A DNA stretch of 64,000 nt. Origin: Lobosporangium transversale. Taxonomy: Eukaryota. The stretch lies in assembly GCF_002105155.1 (NCBI RefSeq), contig NW_019029014.1, forward strand, positions 372,001-436,000, given 5' to 3'. The position numbers and the translations under genes are program-made. This document shows, in pieces, positions 25,189 to 39,795 of the stretch. The first letter of the stretch is position 1. Every line of letters starts with the position of its first letter. The notes under the pieces are model-generated. The model saw nothing but the letters and a program-made list of their open reading frames with translations, had not been told where the DNA came from and did not search any database.

Positions 25189-27408
25189 TAAATGGCAGTC
25201 CTCATTATGGGCTATTAACATGTTCCTACTGCGTAGCTCTTCAATATGCCTGCGATTCATACGTCTCAACAATAGCCTCCTTTATAACTTACATGCGAGG
25301 GCCGCGTTCACAAGAAAATTCACAGTGGAAAATCAAAAGCACACGCTTGTCGGTAATGGCTGGCTGGAGTAATAACTCCTCAAGCTTGTCTGTTGTGTTC
25401 ACATTGACTGCTGACTTGATATGTCCACCCTCAAATTCATATGGAAATCGGCAATCAACAATGTAGAGTAGGTCATATTTGTCCTTGTATTTACCATCCA
25501 AAACATCAACGAGCTAAAATAAAAACAGATCAGACGTATAAGCAAAAATAAAAAAAAAATAAAAAAAAATAAAAGACTCAAAATCGAATTTTCAGGGCAA
25601 ACCAAGGAGTGAATAGAGATAGATAGATTGCAACCAACTCAGCTCAATTGCTATTAATAACATACTGTTTGAGGTGTAATTCGTTTAGTGGTGTCTTCGG
25701 GTTTGGATATGAAGTCGGCACAAGGCAGGATTTGGCAATCTTCTCGTGATGGGTCAGGGACATAACCATCTGGCGCAAAAACTAATGATTTTTTGCCGAC
25801 CCTTGTTAAGGTTGTATTCGACAATCTGGATGATCTACTCGGTTCGAGGGTTCTCATAAACTCGTCTCTATTAGAAATCATTGTTTGGTGACGACGTAGC
25901 AAGCCTGGTCGTGTTGCTCTTGCTGAAGTGCAAACTGCAGTTGGTATTAATGCAGCTGTATTTACTACACTTGACGTTGATGACATGAGTGGGTTAGATG
26001 TTGCCGGTTCGATTGATCTCGATTTCGAAGAGCTCAGACTAGTAAGTGTATTCTGTTCATGAGTGCCTTCATGGTTCTCAGAATCTGAGAAACTGAAGGG
26101 CATGGTATCGGGAATAGGCTGCGAAAGGCTTGTTCGTTCACTGGTGGTGGAAGATCTTCGATCCCGAGTAATGAGACTGTAAGGAGCCATTCTTCTGGTT
26201 GAGAGTGGCAGCGGTATGGGATTTATATTTGCTGCACAGCTCTTCTTCGCTGAGATGGCCGAGGAATCCAGGTCCTTGGGATTAGAATTGCTGCCGCTAT
26301 GATTGCCGGTTATGCCAAGTTTTCCTTTATAGCTCTGTTTATCTGCTGAAATATCCTTTGAAGTACATACAGTAGTGTTGTTGTGTGGCTGGGATAAAGA
26401 CGATTGTAGTGGTTTTTTTGTAGTAAAGGACGTATTTAAAATCGCTTGCCTCAATGTATTTTGTGGTTGATCCAATCGTTTGCCAGCAATGTGATTGTAT
26501 TTTGAAGACAATGACAGAGTTCTGTTCGACGATTTATGCACTGAATCCAAGGCTAGGAAAGGCGATGGCCTCAGGGTTAGGGAAGATGGTCTCAAGTACC
26601 CTTTGCCTAATGCCCCTGCAAATGTACGGGCACGGCCCAGAGGTGGTGGCATCAACTTTGATTTATCTTGATCATTCGAGCTCTCTGATCCTACAGCCCT
26701 TAGTCGAGCAAGAAATGGAGATACAGGAGGAGGGTCTGAATGCGATCGTCCGTCCTTAGCAGTGGATTCTGGACGAAGGCCGAGTGTTGGACGGTTAAGT
26801 TGGGGCTGTTGACGAGGCTCAGAAGGTTCTGTGTGTTCTACATTATCGGATGGCGGTGATTTGGCGCGTTGGTGAAGGATACGAGCGCTTTGAGAAAAGT
26901 GATTTACCGATTTCACGTTACTAATAGAACGGTCGAGAAAATAAAATTAAACAAAATAAAATGAAATGAAATAAAGGTAGTGTAAGGTGTAAGACGTAAA
27001 GTGTGGGATGCAAGATAAACCACACAATCTATTTGTATTATTTGCAATTCAGTACATAGACTGTGCACACACCTCAACTCCAAGAATGTCTTCGCCTTTT
27101 TGTTTGGTTTGAATAGAGTATCCTGATGCCTTTTCTTGAAAAGTTCTGATATTTTAATTTGATCTCCACCGTCTCGACGTCTAATGTGACAGCTACATGT
27201 TAGGCTTTAATGCTAATTAAAACAAAAGAAAGCATGGATTATGTGCATATTTACTAAACCCTAACCTAGACGCGTCCGAAGTACGCCCTGACCCTTTGAA
27301 TGCAGTCTCATCGATGCAAGGCGTACTATGGTAGACATCCTTGACTAATTCAACGCGTCGCTCTTTGTTACATGGTCCCAGCTTAGGTTTGTTTGAATCG
27401 AGTGTCAT
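24878..27408 (-). CDS. CDC25: M-phase inducer dual-specificity phosphatase (Cdc25/Mih1), multi-exon
   Basis: IVDCRFPYEFEGGHIKSAVN, catalytic FHCEFSCERGPRM, RNQDR and YPEVYVMQGGYSGFF, preceded by a long Ser-rich regulatory exon. Confidence 0.92.
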
Positions 27409-28719
27409 CGTACAACGAATAACGTTTACAATTGCAAAAATAAAAAATAAAAAATAAAGCAAAGTGGAAACTAGCAAATAGAGGAGAATTCTTTCTTTTT
27501 TTTTTTTTGGCTGCTTGGAAGTGTGGTATTGTTGTTGAGGTTCTTATGTTAAAATTGAGTCAAGAACAAAAGGAAGAAGCAGTGCACAGACTCAGGTACG
27601 CCACGATGCGTTTTGTATTTTTCTCTTAATGTTTTTGAAAGCGAATCAAAGTAAGGAAGCGACATACATAAAAAGTACAAGCTTGTGAGCCTTTAGTGAA
27701 AGCGATGCATAAGCAAATAGCAATAATAAGCAACAAATTTATGTAATGAATGAAAAAGACCGAGGATAATGGAGGGGAATGATGTGTGCTGGTAAAGAGG
27801 GCAGGACAAAAGAAAAAAAAAATAAAATAAAGTAAAATAAAATAAAGGCGCGCTGTCACGTGGAGTAAACACACAGCCACACTGCATTAACGTCTACATG
27901 ATGATCGTGTGCCATATTTTTCTTATAGGCGAGTCAATGTAACACTGGAATATCCGAGTTCTAGAGCGGAAATGAAAATACCACAATTGCCGCGTGGTAT
28001 TATAAAAAGGAAGTGATCATCCTCCTTTTTTCCGCCAGTTAGCATGCCAATACGTCAACTATAGGCGTACAGTCTAGTAGGTTTGATGAGACACGCCACC
28101 AATCTGGCCACTCCTGGCTGTCGGAATAACAAAGGATCATGCGCCGTCGATTCAATTAGCTCAGACAAACACATGAATCCCCCTTGTCTTCCAACAAACA
28201 CAATTGTGAAAATTAGTAATGCAGCCATTTGATACATTTAAGCATTAAATAGCATGACATGTCAACAAACCTTTATTTGAATTGATACCAAATCAAGCGC
28301 CGCAGTTTAGAGAGAAAAAACAAAACATTTTGGCTCCATTGATCCAACTATTTCTATTTTTCTCTATATGAGCTCCATTGATCCAGCTTTTTTTTTTGTT
28401 GATTTTCCCAGCAAGAAAAGGGAAATGAAAGAAATAAAAGGGCGGGAACTTGCCCTGATTTGGTGTGATTCGAAAAGATTTAAATAGTCCTTCTCAAACC
28501 ATTGTCTCAATTTCTTTTTCTTTCTTTCTTTCTTTTTCTTTATGTTGATTTTCTTTGTCTTCTAACCTCCTCTCTCATTCTCTTATACTCTTACCCTAAT
28601 CTGCACTTGTGCACTAGACAGAGAGTAACGAACTACTTCACTTTACCCTCTTCCTTCCTTCCTCTCTCTTCCTTCACTCTCTCATTCCCCTGTCAACCTC
28701 ACTCGTTTAGTGATCCTAA

Positions 28720-31700
28720 ATGTCACTTGTTCCAGGCTCTATTGCCAGGCTATGTAGAAACGAACCATCTGTATGTCAATTGTTTATTGGCGTAACTGCT
28801 GTTCTGAATGTACTACCACCTTACCCCACAACTAAACTCGGATTCTTTTTCTTGTTTTTATTTCGGGCATGACTTTCTTTAGACACCATGGATGGACAAT
28901 GACTTTACGCCATGTTTCCACCAAAGGTAAGCAAAGACACCAAGAAGATCTTTTCATGTCATAATCAATTGGGGGGAAAATGATGCTCATCATGGAGTGT
29001 GCATCATTAAAGATGAATGTCGCAGGATCTATTTGTCAATGCTCTAAGAGTCTTTTTGAAAGGGAAAAAAGAAAGGAGGGATTGAGAAGAGCAGGCGCCG
29101 TTCTTACTTTCGGCCTCTTCCTATCAGATTGCACTCTTGTGATTGAATGCATCATCGAGGGGAACCTCCGAGTCAACATAGGCATGGGTGACAACACTTT
29201 TTCAACTTCAACCCAAAACAAGGTTTTTCCCATCACCTAATGTTTTCTCGGAAATCTATAGAAGATCAGAGTATTTTCTTCTTAATCATACTTTATTTGC
29301 TGGCTCAGCTAATCATTTCTGTGAAACATTGTTCCTGTGCTGATTCTCAATAGCGTTCTTGATGCTGGTATCCCCCTGTTGTTCGCCATCAGCTCTTTGG
29401 TGATCTTTATTGGCACCGCGATCTACAAGCAAGCGCGCAGGAATCATTCAGGAGATCACTCCGGCTATCTTCCTATCTCGGGTCAGGACGACACAATTGC
29501 TGGACCAGAGGCAGATCTGGATGACCAGGAACATTTAAACCAAATCAACCCCCTCAACTCTACAGATTCAAGCGTTCATCTTGGCCAGGTTGCCTCTGGA
29601 CGTCATATATCTGGACGTGATGCTGTCAAGACATTAGCCTCGGCGGTTTCTCTCGCCGTCTCTGTCGTCTGGTTAATTAGTCGATCAAATGAGGATAAGG
29701 AAACTTATCTTTACATCGCACCGCTGATCTCGATGCTAGTTTGGGTATGTATCTACCCTTTTTCGTATAATCATACTTTGTCGGGATTATTTCGATAATA
29801 TTGGTAACATGGATACCATGGCAAACAGTCTGCTTCGATCAGAGATGACATCGATGGAAAAAAATTTCCAAATTTATATTAAAAAGACAGGATCAGTAGA
29901 ACCGAATAGATGCATATGACGGCCAATGCTACCATTGTTCCTTCATCTCTCATGGACTATCTAATCCATTGGACGCAGAACTGGTTGCAGAGGCCTAACT
30001 GAAAGTAAATGCTATATGCCACAGACTTTTTCTTTAACCAGTCCACCATGACGCCTACTATGTCCACATAGGTATATGTCTTCACTCTCACAGTCATCCA
30101 CCTACTGCGCCCTCTCAACCCGTTGATTTCCTTGACTCCTCACTTTTCGGCCTTCTTCATCGTCAACCTACCTATTGCATTCTTCAGGTTCCGCACTCAG
30201 ATTATCCACAAGACATCTCAAATTGAGCTGATCTTGGCCTCGATCTATTTTGCAAATGCTATTGTCCTTGTGGTGCTCGCTCTTACATCCAGCAAGTCTG
30301 CTCGTACTTTGGTACCCAAGCCTGGTGAACGTGTTCCCTGTCCTGAGACCTACGCTTCCATCTCTGCTCTTGCCTTCTTCTCTTGGGCCGACCCGCTGAT
30401 TGCACTTGGATACAAACAGGTGCTCAATAACGAAGATATCTGGGACTTCCGTCTGAGCGACTATTCTTCTGCTGTGATTCATCACTTCCGTCAGTCAATT
30501 CTTGCTACTCGTAAAAACCATGCGTTTATTGTGCGTCTGATCATCAACTTTAGGAGGCGCATCTCCGTTCAGGCAGTATGGGCTGTTGCATGGGGAGTCC
30601 TGACATTCGTTGGTCCTTTTGCTTTGGAGCGTATCCTCAATTTTGTGGATAATAAGGAAATTTCTACAGAATGGGGATATATTTATGTCTTTGGCATGTT
30701 TTTCGGAATGGCTCTTGGAACAGTCGCTCAATCTCAGATGCTTTGGCATGGCCGCCGTATCTCAATGCAGCTTCGTTCGATTATCGTGGGTGAGGTTTAT
30801 GCAAAAGCTCTACGCCGTAAGGATCGTGCCGGACAGACTCAGAAGGGGGAGAATCATGATTCTGACAATGAAGACGAAGAGAATGAAATGTTTACCCATG
30901 GTGCAATCAACAATATGATCTCCAATGTAAGATTCCATTCATCTTTTCTCCAGGCGTAGAAATATTCGGGATCTTGATGAATGCGGCCCTAATATTAATT
31001 TTTTTATTGCCAAATGTTTATCTGTATATATAGGACACCTCGGAAATCTCGAATGCTAGTGCTTACCTTCAAGACTTGTATATCCTTCCTCTTCAAATTG
31101 CTCTTGCCATCACGTTCTTGTATCGTATCCTTGGTTGGCCTGCATTAACGGGAGTTGTGACCATGGCATGCTTCATTCCTTTCAACTTGTATTTGACTAA
31201 TAAGGTCGAAACCATTCAGGATGAGCTCATGAAAGCTACTGATAAGCGTGCAGAGCTCATGAACGAGCTTTTGCAAGCCATTCGCATCATCAAGTTCTTC
31301 TCATGGGAACGCAACTTTTATGGTAAGGTTGATAAAGCTCGTGAGCTCGAGCTGTACAAACTTCGCCTGCGCTTCACCTGGTGGATTTTCGGCACTGCAT
31401 TGTGGTTTGGAACACCTGTCGTTGTCACCATTACCACTTTCTTTGTCTATACTAAAATCGCTGGTAATACCTTAACGTCGAGTGTCGCCTTTCCGGCTTT
31501 GGCGCTCTTTAACGTGCTCCGCGCGCCCATGGACGCCTTTCCTGAAATGCTGTCTCAGTGTTTGCGTGCCAAGGTCTCCGCTGCCCGTATTGATCGTTTC
31601 TTGGATGAAGAAGAAGTATTGGTCTACGCTAACGCCAATGCCAAGCCTCGCAAAAATTTGCCCACAGACCCTATTATCGGATTCAAGAACGCCACTTTCT

Positions 31701-34700
31701 CGTACGCTAGCAAGGCAGATCAAGACGCTGCTGATGCTGCGCGCGAAGGGGGCCAGAACGTTAGTGGCCATCATTTCGAACTCAAAGACCTGAACCTTGA
31801 ATTCCCAGTCGGCGAATTATCCGTGATTACTGGACCCACTGGAAGCGGGAAAACATCATTGTTGCTCTCTTTACTTGGAGAGATCAATCCCGTCAAGGGG
31901 CAGGCTTTTTTGCCTCGTCGTGATTCTCATGATATCAACCCTGTTACTGGACTGACAAACGGAATTGCCTATGTTGCCCAACAAGCATGGCTCCAGAATA
32001 ACACTGTGCGCAACAATATCTTGTTTGGAACACCATTCGATCAGCGTCGGTATGATCAGGTCATTGAGATGTGCGCCCTTCAGCGTGACTTTGAGATTCT
32101 GGAACATGGTGATCAAACTGAGATTGGTGAGCGTGGCATCACACTGTCAGGTGGCCAAAAGCAGCGCATTGCCCTTGCTCGCGCTATCTACTCGACAGCA
32201 GGCCATATTCTGTTAGATGATTGTCTATCTGCTGTCGATGCACACACGGCGAAATGGCTTTTTGCTAAATGCTTGATGGGTCCTTTGATGCAGGGTCGAA
32301 CACGGATCTTGGTCACCCATGCAGTTTCCTTGACGTTACGTGGTGCTGCTCATGTTGTTGTTCTCAAGAATGGTGTTGTAGTCGCTAATGGTACACCCAA
32401 TCAGGTACTTGAGGCTGGGGTTCTAGGCGATGAGATATACAATGAGGAACAAATTATTGAGGATCACACTACAGATGACCGAACAGTCGCAGGAATCGAA
32501 GAGGTTGAAGATGAAATCGGTTCACATACTCCTGTTGCCTCTTCATCTGCCACATTGACTGCAGCTGGAAAGAAGAGGAGCCCTAACAGTGACGACTCTT
32601 CAACAGATTCGACCATCCCTATCAAGGAAAAGAAGAAGCTGATGGAAGACGAAGAAAAAACGGATGGTTCTGTATCCTGGAGCGTCTACAAACTTTATTT
32701 TGGTTCGATGGGAGGTGTCCCATACTGGATTTTCCTTTTGGGAGCATTTATTTTTATGCAAATCTTCCAAGTTGCAGCTGACACTTGGCTTCGTTTCTGG
32801 GCTGGTGCCTCAGAGCGTCAAGACGATAATGATCCGTACTCGAGTGCATCTTTTGCAATCGCCTCTACTCCTTCGTATGCGACTTCAACATCAAGCATTG
32901 CCACCAATGCCTCGAGTCTTTTGATGTCGTTTGCCTGCCAGTACCGCGGAGACCACAACTACTTTGGCAACAACCCCATCCGTATCTGTCGTCAAGAAAT
33001 CTTTGACAATCGTCAACCTATGAGCCCAATGAGTGCTTTGAGTTATCAGACTTCTGACTCTTCAACTGAATTCTCAACGCTCGCATACAAGCCCTCCAAG
33101 GAGCTCGGTGACCTGAACTATTACCTAGGAATTTATGCCTTACTTTCGGCTTTGTATATTGTCACGATCATGTGCCGCCAAGCCGTTCAGTACAAAGGAT
33201 CATTGGATGCTTCAAGGTCGATTCATCGCCGGCTTCTGTCGCAGATTTTGAACTCACCTGTCCGTTTCTTCGACACGACTCCTTTGGGTCGCATCATGAA
33301 CCGATTTACCAAGGATATTGAGACCGTGGATCAGGAAGTCGCCCCAATCGCCTCTAACTTGATGTTTGATCTCCTGGGGACACTGACTGTTGTCATTGTC
33401 ATTACCTATGTGACACCTCAGTTCTTGTTCCCTGCATTCTTGATCTCAATCTTGTTTGTAATCATGGCCACTCTATATCTTCGTTCATCACGCGAATTGA
33501 AGCGCATTGAATCCATCACAAAATCTCCTATTTTCTCTCATTTTGGCGAGTCTCTCTCAGGAGTTGCTACGATCCGTGCCTATGGTCAAGAGAAGCGCTT
33601 TCAGCATGAGAATCTCGAGCTGCTGGATGACCACAACCGTCCTTTCTTCTATCTCTGGGTCTGTAACCGTTGGCTCTCCATCCGCGTAGACATTCTTAGC
33701 GCCCTGGTCTCATTCTTTGCAGGGCTTTTGATCGTCGTCAACCGCGATAACCTCGACCCTGGCGCTGCTGGTCTCTCCCTCACATATTCACTTACCTTCA
33801 CTGACCATGTTCTCTGGTTAGTTCGTTTGTATTCTAATAATGAAATGAACATGAACTCTGTGGAGCGTGTGCGTGAATACATGGACTTGCCCCAAGAGCC
33901 TCCAGCTATCATTGAGGGCTCACGTCCTCCGCCAGGATGGCCTAACAATGGTGAGATCATGGTCGAGAATTTGGTAATGCAATACTCTCCTGATGATCCA
34001 CCTGTCATTCGCGATGTCTCTTTCCATGTAAACCCGAGAGAAAAGGTCGGCATTGTTGGGCGGACTGGTGCAGGAAAGTCAACATTGGCGGTTGCATTCT
34101 TCCGTTTCATGGAGATGACATCAGGCAAGATCACTGTAGATGGTATCGATATCTCTACACTCGGTGTCCACGACCTCAGATCATCCTTGACTATTATTCC
34201 TCAGGATCCTGTCTTATTTATTGGAACAATTCGTACAAATCTGGATCCATTTAACGAGCACGACGATGCAGCGCTCTGGGCCACATTGAAGCGTGTACAC
34301 TTGGTCTCAGAGGATGGTACGGCGCCCAACACCTTTGGTAATTTAGACAGCGAGGTTCATGAGAACGGCAATAACTTTTCACAAGGCCAGCGTCAGTTGA
34401 TTGGTTTGGCACGTGCATTGCTGAAGCAGAGTAAGATCATCATCTTGGATGAGGCTACGGCCTCTGTGGATCATGAGACGGATGCGCGTATCCAGGCCAC
34501 CATCCGTGAAGAATTTAAAGGGTCGACTCTTTTAACGATTGCACATCGGTTGAGGACTATCATTGACTTTGACAAGGTCCTAGTTATGGATCATGGTCAA
34601 GTTGTACAGTTCGATACACCCTGGAACTTGATTCGTGACGAGGGTATTTTCCGAGGCATGTGTCAGCGCTCAGGCGAATTCGATCTCCTTGTTGAAATGG

Positions 34701-34741
34701 CAGTGACAGCAGAAAAGAGGGCCAACAACAACAGGTCATAG
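28720..34741 (+). CDS. ABCC/MRP-type ABC transporter (Ybt1/Bpt1-like)
   Basis: Exon 1 MSLVPGSIARLCRNEPS and exon 2 TPWMDNDFTPCF, then two TMD-NBD halves. Walker A motifs GPTGSGKT and GRTGAGKS; signatures LSGGQKQR and FSQGQRQ. Confidence 0.93.
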
Positions 34742-34907
34742 GGGAAAATAGACACCAGTGTACTTGTCATTAGCATTCATAACATATAATTCTGCATTGT
34801 TAAAATATTGATCATTGTTACTTCTTTTTATTTATGTTCGTTTTTTGGTTTTTGATATATAAAAAATAAAAAAGTAAAAAAATAATTGCCTTTCTGTTTT
34901 GAACGGG

Positions 34908-36372
34908 TCAGTTAGAAAAAACGCGGAAGGAATTGGAAGCAATGTCCTCTTTGCAAAACCGGTCTTGGTTCACCTGGACGCCAAAAACGTTTGGAAACCC
35001 ATGGCAGACCTCGTCGCCATACCCCATTGTCTTGACCAAGTATGTCAAAGCTGCTTGATCCTGTCGATGGTTCTCACGTGAGGACCCTTCAGGCGCGATA
35101 CACTCCTTTGTCCTAGCACAGTTGACCCATTCCTTCATAATTCCATCTCTGATAGTGGTATTGTGAACATCAAACGCAACGACGGCCCCGTTACAGTTTG
35201 TTTCGTTTTCTGCAAAGCTGCGCCATGAATCATGATAATATTGTAGAAGGCCTTGATGGGTCCAGTCACGCATGGTACCCTGCGATTCAGGAGTCCACAG
35301 TCCGTACCGTTTTAAAAAGGTCGGCAACCAGCGTAGGAAAGCTACGCTGATTCTATTACCAGAATCGAGCCATAGCACAATCTTGGGTTCATAATTTTGA
35401 GGCTGAATAGTAATAGTAGGTGACCCCGGGTAGGTCTTGTCCGATATGTCTGATAGGCCCTGCATCTCTAACTTGGGATTTGGAGTTGAAACTGGTACTG
35501 AAGCTGAACCTGGATTTGCTGCTACTGCTATTACTGGTGGTGCTGGCTGATTCTTGGGTGCTGAAGCTGAGGCTGTTGTCAAGATTCTTTGACTGATCTC
35601 CTCAATCATACCAACTTTCCATCCGTATTGGCCTCTTGTCTCGGCGTCCAGTTGCCAGAATGAAGGGTAATTATTAAACTCAAAATCAATTACCTCATCT
35701 ATAAGCCCAGCCTCGATCAATGCCTTGAACCGTCTCTTTTTTCGCTTGGTTGGACCCATTCCCATATTATAGACAACAATACGAGGTCGAATTTCGTACC
35801 CAGTACTCTGCTTAATTTCACTACCACCACCATCACCGCTATTGAGCCAATCTTCTTTGTATAGCTCTTTACTGTCAGTATTCTGGTCTATGTCATTTTG
35901 TAGGGCAAATTCCAGTTGATCTGCCGTCCTTGATTTGTCATTATCGAGTCCATCCAGATCTACATCCATGCCGAAAGAGCTTTTCTCTTTGTTTTTCTCC
36001 TTGCTGATGGTGTTTGAATGATTAATCTTTTGCTTTGAATTTGGATTTGGGCTTTTTTCTTTTGCCTTTTCTTTCGCTTTTCCTTTTGCTTTTATTTTTG
36101 GACGGATGTCTTCAAGGTCGAGACTTGACTCCACATAGGAAGCTCCTCTAGTGATACGTTGTTCCTTTAACCTGATGTCTTCCTGAATGGATGTGTTTAA
36201 TTGAGCGAATGTGGTATTGAGATCATACAAAAACGCTTCGAGTGCACAGGCATGGTTCGCACTCACGGCAGTGACGATTGTGATTGGCACCTGTAAAGGT
36301 CGACGAGATTCCAGACTTGCCTCTACAGCATTGAATCGTATTCGTCGAGACTGTGGTCTTTCTGAAGAGCAG

Positions 36373-36403
<31 letters not shown>

Positions 36404-36453
36404 GAATGACATGGTACGAGGGCAAGAACAAATATTTTATTCGTTTATCTCTT

Positions 36454-36502
<49 letters not shown>

Positions 36503-36636
36503 AAAAGGAAGAAATATTAATTGAACTAACCTTGTGAATACAAGTAAATTTGGAGGAGACCAAAGAATATGAGGAAAAACCCAAAGATGAGTTGAGATTG
36601 ATGAAGTTGGAGAAGCCTTGTCAGTTGAATGAACAT
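34908..36636 (-). CDS. Type II membrane protein, DUF1647/glycosyltransferase-like
   Basis: First exon MFIQLTRLLQLHQSQLIFGFFLIFFGLLQIYLYSQ is a signal anchor. Downstream motifs: ITIVTAVSANH, IVVYNMG, YGWK, VLWLDSG, WVNCARTKECIAPEGS and NHRQDQAALT. Confidence 0.6.
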
Positions 36637-37478
36637 GGCATAGCTGAGTGGTGAATATCTAGAGAGCAAGAAAGAAAGAGACAAATAGTATATTTATATC
36701 GAAAAGGAAATAAAAAGCAGAAACATTGTAGTCGGTATAGTTCTGAATCCTCAGTTCCACGCGAAATTGCTCCGTGCACGACCGTTCTATAAACAAATAT
36801 ACTTTATGAAGTTACACGTAGATTTATGTCATTTATTACTAAAAGAGAGATGTACACTGTATAATATGCGCACCTTGCTCTTACCGCCTCCCCATATTGA
36901 TTGACAGAACACACTTGTTCATTATAGTTTCCTCCAATTACTTTGCATTTGAGAAAGCTACTTGAAAGCCTAGCAGCCTGAATGGATCTGATGTGTAAAT
37001 TTATAGTTCTTATCGTTCTCCGTGGTAACAGTGTTTAGGTATGGAATGTATATATGTGGGTGGTCTTTCAAATTGTTTAGATAGCTTTTTATCCTATCAG
37101 CGCTGGCCTCGGCCTCAAAGGAAACAAATGAAGATACGGCTTGAAACTCATTCCCTATGATCACATAAAACCTCATTTCAAAAAGAACTGAAAGGATAGA
37201 AAGCTTCCGACGGTATACAAAAGGCAAAGACTTCATTCTATAAAAAGCGTAGACGACTTTTTACGCCAGGTATTACCAATATATAACAGAGACATTAATA
37301 TCTACGAATTGTTGCAGTTGTCTTCACTGTAAAATCACAGTTGCAACTGTTTCCAGCCATGAAAAAAGATATACCCTTGGACAGACTCGCCATTGTAGTT
37401 TGACTGATCAAGTGCAAAAAAAGGTATCAGAAGGTCACAAGTTCCCTTGCTGGTGACAGAATATAGAAGTAAAAGAAT

Positions 37479-37551
37479 CGCCCAATGTGGGGGTCGAACC
37501 CACAACCTTGAGATTAAGAGTCTCACGCTCTACCGATTGAGCTAACCGGGC
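37479..37551 (-). tRNA. tRNA-Lys (CTT), intronless
   Basis: The minus strand reads GCCCGGTTAGCTCAATCGGTAGAGCGTGAGACTCTTAATCTCAAGGTTGTGGGTTCGACCCCCACATTGGGCG, a canonical cloverleaf with anticodon CTT. Confidence 0.97.
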
Positions 37552-37691
37552 ATTCGATACTAGAAGCTCTTGTTGAGATGGACGTTCCTAGAACATATAT
37601 AAATCTATTTCAACATCCCTTATTTACAAGGTCTTATCTTCGTGAACTATCACGAAAATGGAAAACATTGGTCTATAACTGCAAGACATCC

Positions 37692-37920
37692 GAGTCCAAT
37701 GGCTGAGTAGTATACTCGTCAGGGCACCCCCTGTCTAGACTAGGGGCCGGGTTCGAGTCCTGGTTAAGGCATATAAAGTGAAGCAAACATGTGCCAGGTC
37801 AGGGATTTGTCTGAGTTTTTATACTTTCTCTTCGAGACAGCCTAGTGTTCTCCGCTAAGGCTAAGATCGTGGGTGCACTACCCTAAGTCGCCTGGCTGGC
37901 CACACGTCTTAGTTATATAT
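37692..37920 (+). mobile_element. tRNA-derived SINE-like element or tRNA pseudogene
   Basis: A box TGGCTGAGTAG (37700-37710), B box GGTTCGAGTCC (37750-37760) within a T-stem, and an anticodon-like hairpin CCCCT...AGGGG. The D arm is aberrant and the acceptor stem broken. A non-tRNA body follows and ends in (TA)n. Confidence 0.5.
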
Positions 37921-38399
37921 TCCACCCAGCCGAACCAGCGGTACATCTGGCAGCACATCCCCCATCCACCCACTTGACTAGGACAGCGATGATCACAAAG
38001 TTTGACGGAGTCCAAAGTAGAAATTTCAGACCAATCCCGCAAGATTTGGGTCCACATGCCAGTGGATTTGATCGAATAGAAAAAAAATTAAAAGTCGTCC
38101 TTAGCTAGAGTCGGCACGCCAGCCTCCGCGGCTTTTCACGGGCGCAACAGGCCACATCGGAAGGATGGACTTCGAGTACCGATCACGGTGTACATTGGTA
38201 GAGAAAAACATGGATACGAATTGGCTCCACAGCCATACCGTGCGAACTTTGAGAGTTTCACTTGTTTCATAGTTGAGGGCGATATCATTAATTTAGAGCG
38301 AGATTATGAAATAAAATTCCTCACCTCTGTGGGTTCTTGTTAACACGAAAAAAAAAAAAACTGCAAGACGTCCGACTATCCTTATTATCAAGTATCTAT

Positions 38400-38887
38400 A
38401 ATTGCAAGGTGTTTAGGAGGACTACATTTGGAAACTTTGGAGTTGCATATCGATGGTGTATGGGGAAGTACGACCCACCATGGCGATAGGAACGGCGATA
38501 GTGAGAGTGAGGAAGAGATAGGGCTATGGACTTACGCCCAAGTCCATTACTCAGAGTTGGAAAGCCGGTTTCAAGACAACAACAAGAATAATTAACATGG
38601 CCATAGAAGAATTCAGTCATACAGAAATCTGGAACAAACGGTGTAAAGTTACCGTTGAATGGGAAAAGGCTTGTGGGATCACTGCTATGAGCAAACACGT
38701 CGGAGGACGCAACTGTGTTAGGGAGTACAGACGTAGTAGCAATGATTTCCTTGTTCCTTCTCTGAGACAACGGCAGAAACTGAATGTGAGAGAGATCTAC
38801 AAGATCGCAGATGACCGAGTCCGGGGCAGCTACTTTGGGAAAACTAAACTGGACGTGATGGAGCGGCTAGGTGGAATGAAGTTTTGA
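38400..38887 (+). mobile_element. Relic of a non-LTR (LINE-like) retrotransposon ORF2 C-terminus
   Basis: GLTPKSITQSWK...TEIWNKRCKVTVEWEKACGIT resembles the W..RC....EWEK..GIT C-terminal segment of LINE-type polyproteins in early-diverging fungi. Upstream stops are present and no RT core is visible. Confidence 0.45.
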
Positions 38888-39759
38888 TGACTATGGATAG
38901 CGGATAATTTGCCGCGTTGCGTAGCAGGTCACGTCGAAAAGGTGGATTTTGAGTATTAATCACGGCGGTCAGGGTTTATGAAATCATGGTGGTTACGAAG
39001 AGAGCCAGACTTGGAGGCAAATAGATTTGTCCTCGTGAGCCTTAAAAAATAAAAAATAATAATAGTAGTAACTTTGATAAAAAAGTGTCATGATAGAGCC
39101 TGGGGGGGGGGGGGGGGGAAGAAAAGACAAGAGTGGGAAGCGCCAAATTACACTGCACAGCCGAGTCGGATAAAGAGCGCGTAGGTAAAGGAAAGGGTAA
39201 AAAAGTATGAAAGAGAGAAGCGAGCAATTCTCTGAATTCTCGGCGCAGGGTTGATTTTTTTTTTTTTTTTTTTTTTTTGGGTACAAAACAGTTGATCTTC
39301 TGAAGGCTGTCTTTTCCATGCGAACAAGAATTAAAATAAATAAGTGAGTGCCGTCACACTACCGTTGGATATCTCGTGAGCAAACGCGCGCCAAGAGACA
39401 CAGTATTGAGAGGCACAGGCGTAGCAGAGGTGGGTTCTTTGACTCTCACCAGGGACAGTGGCGAGCAGGTTGATGCAGATCAGCAGATGGCGGCAGGCTA
39501 CCAACATCAAGTGGAATTGACGGTTATGGAGCGCCTGGGAAATTGTAAATTTTTGATGCTCGATGACTGCAGCTAAAGGAAAACCTTTGCGCACAACAGG
39601 CTTAGTAGAGAGTAGACCCCTGCCACAGGCCCACAGGGGGCCAGGGAAGTCTGCCTGGTGCTGGTATACTTCGAGGATAGGATGTTGTATTGTGCCAGTA
39701 TGACTATGCGACTACAGTCGCAATGTTGGATACCGCTTCATTTGCGACCACGTGGGTTG

Positions 39760-39795
<36 letters not shown>

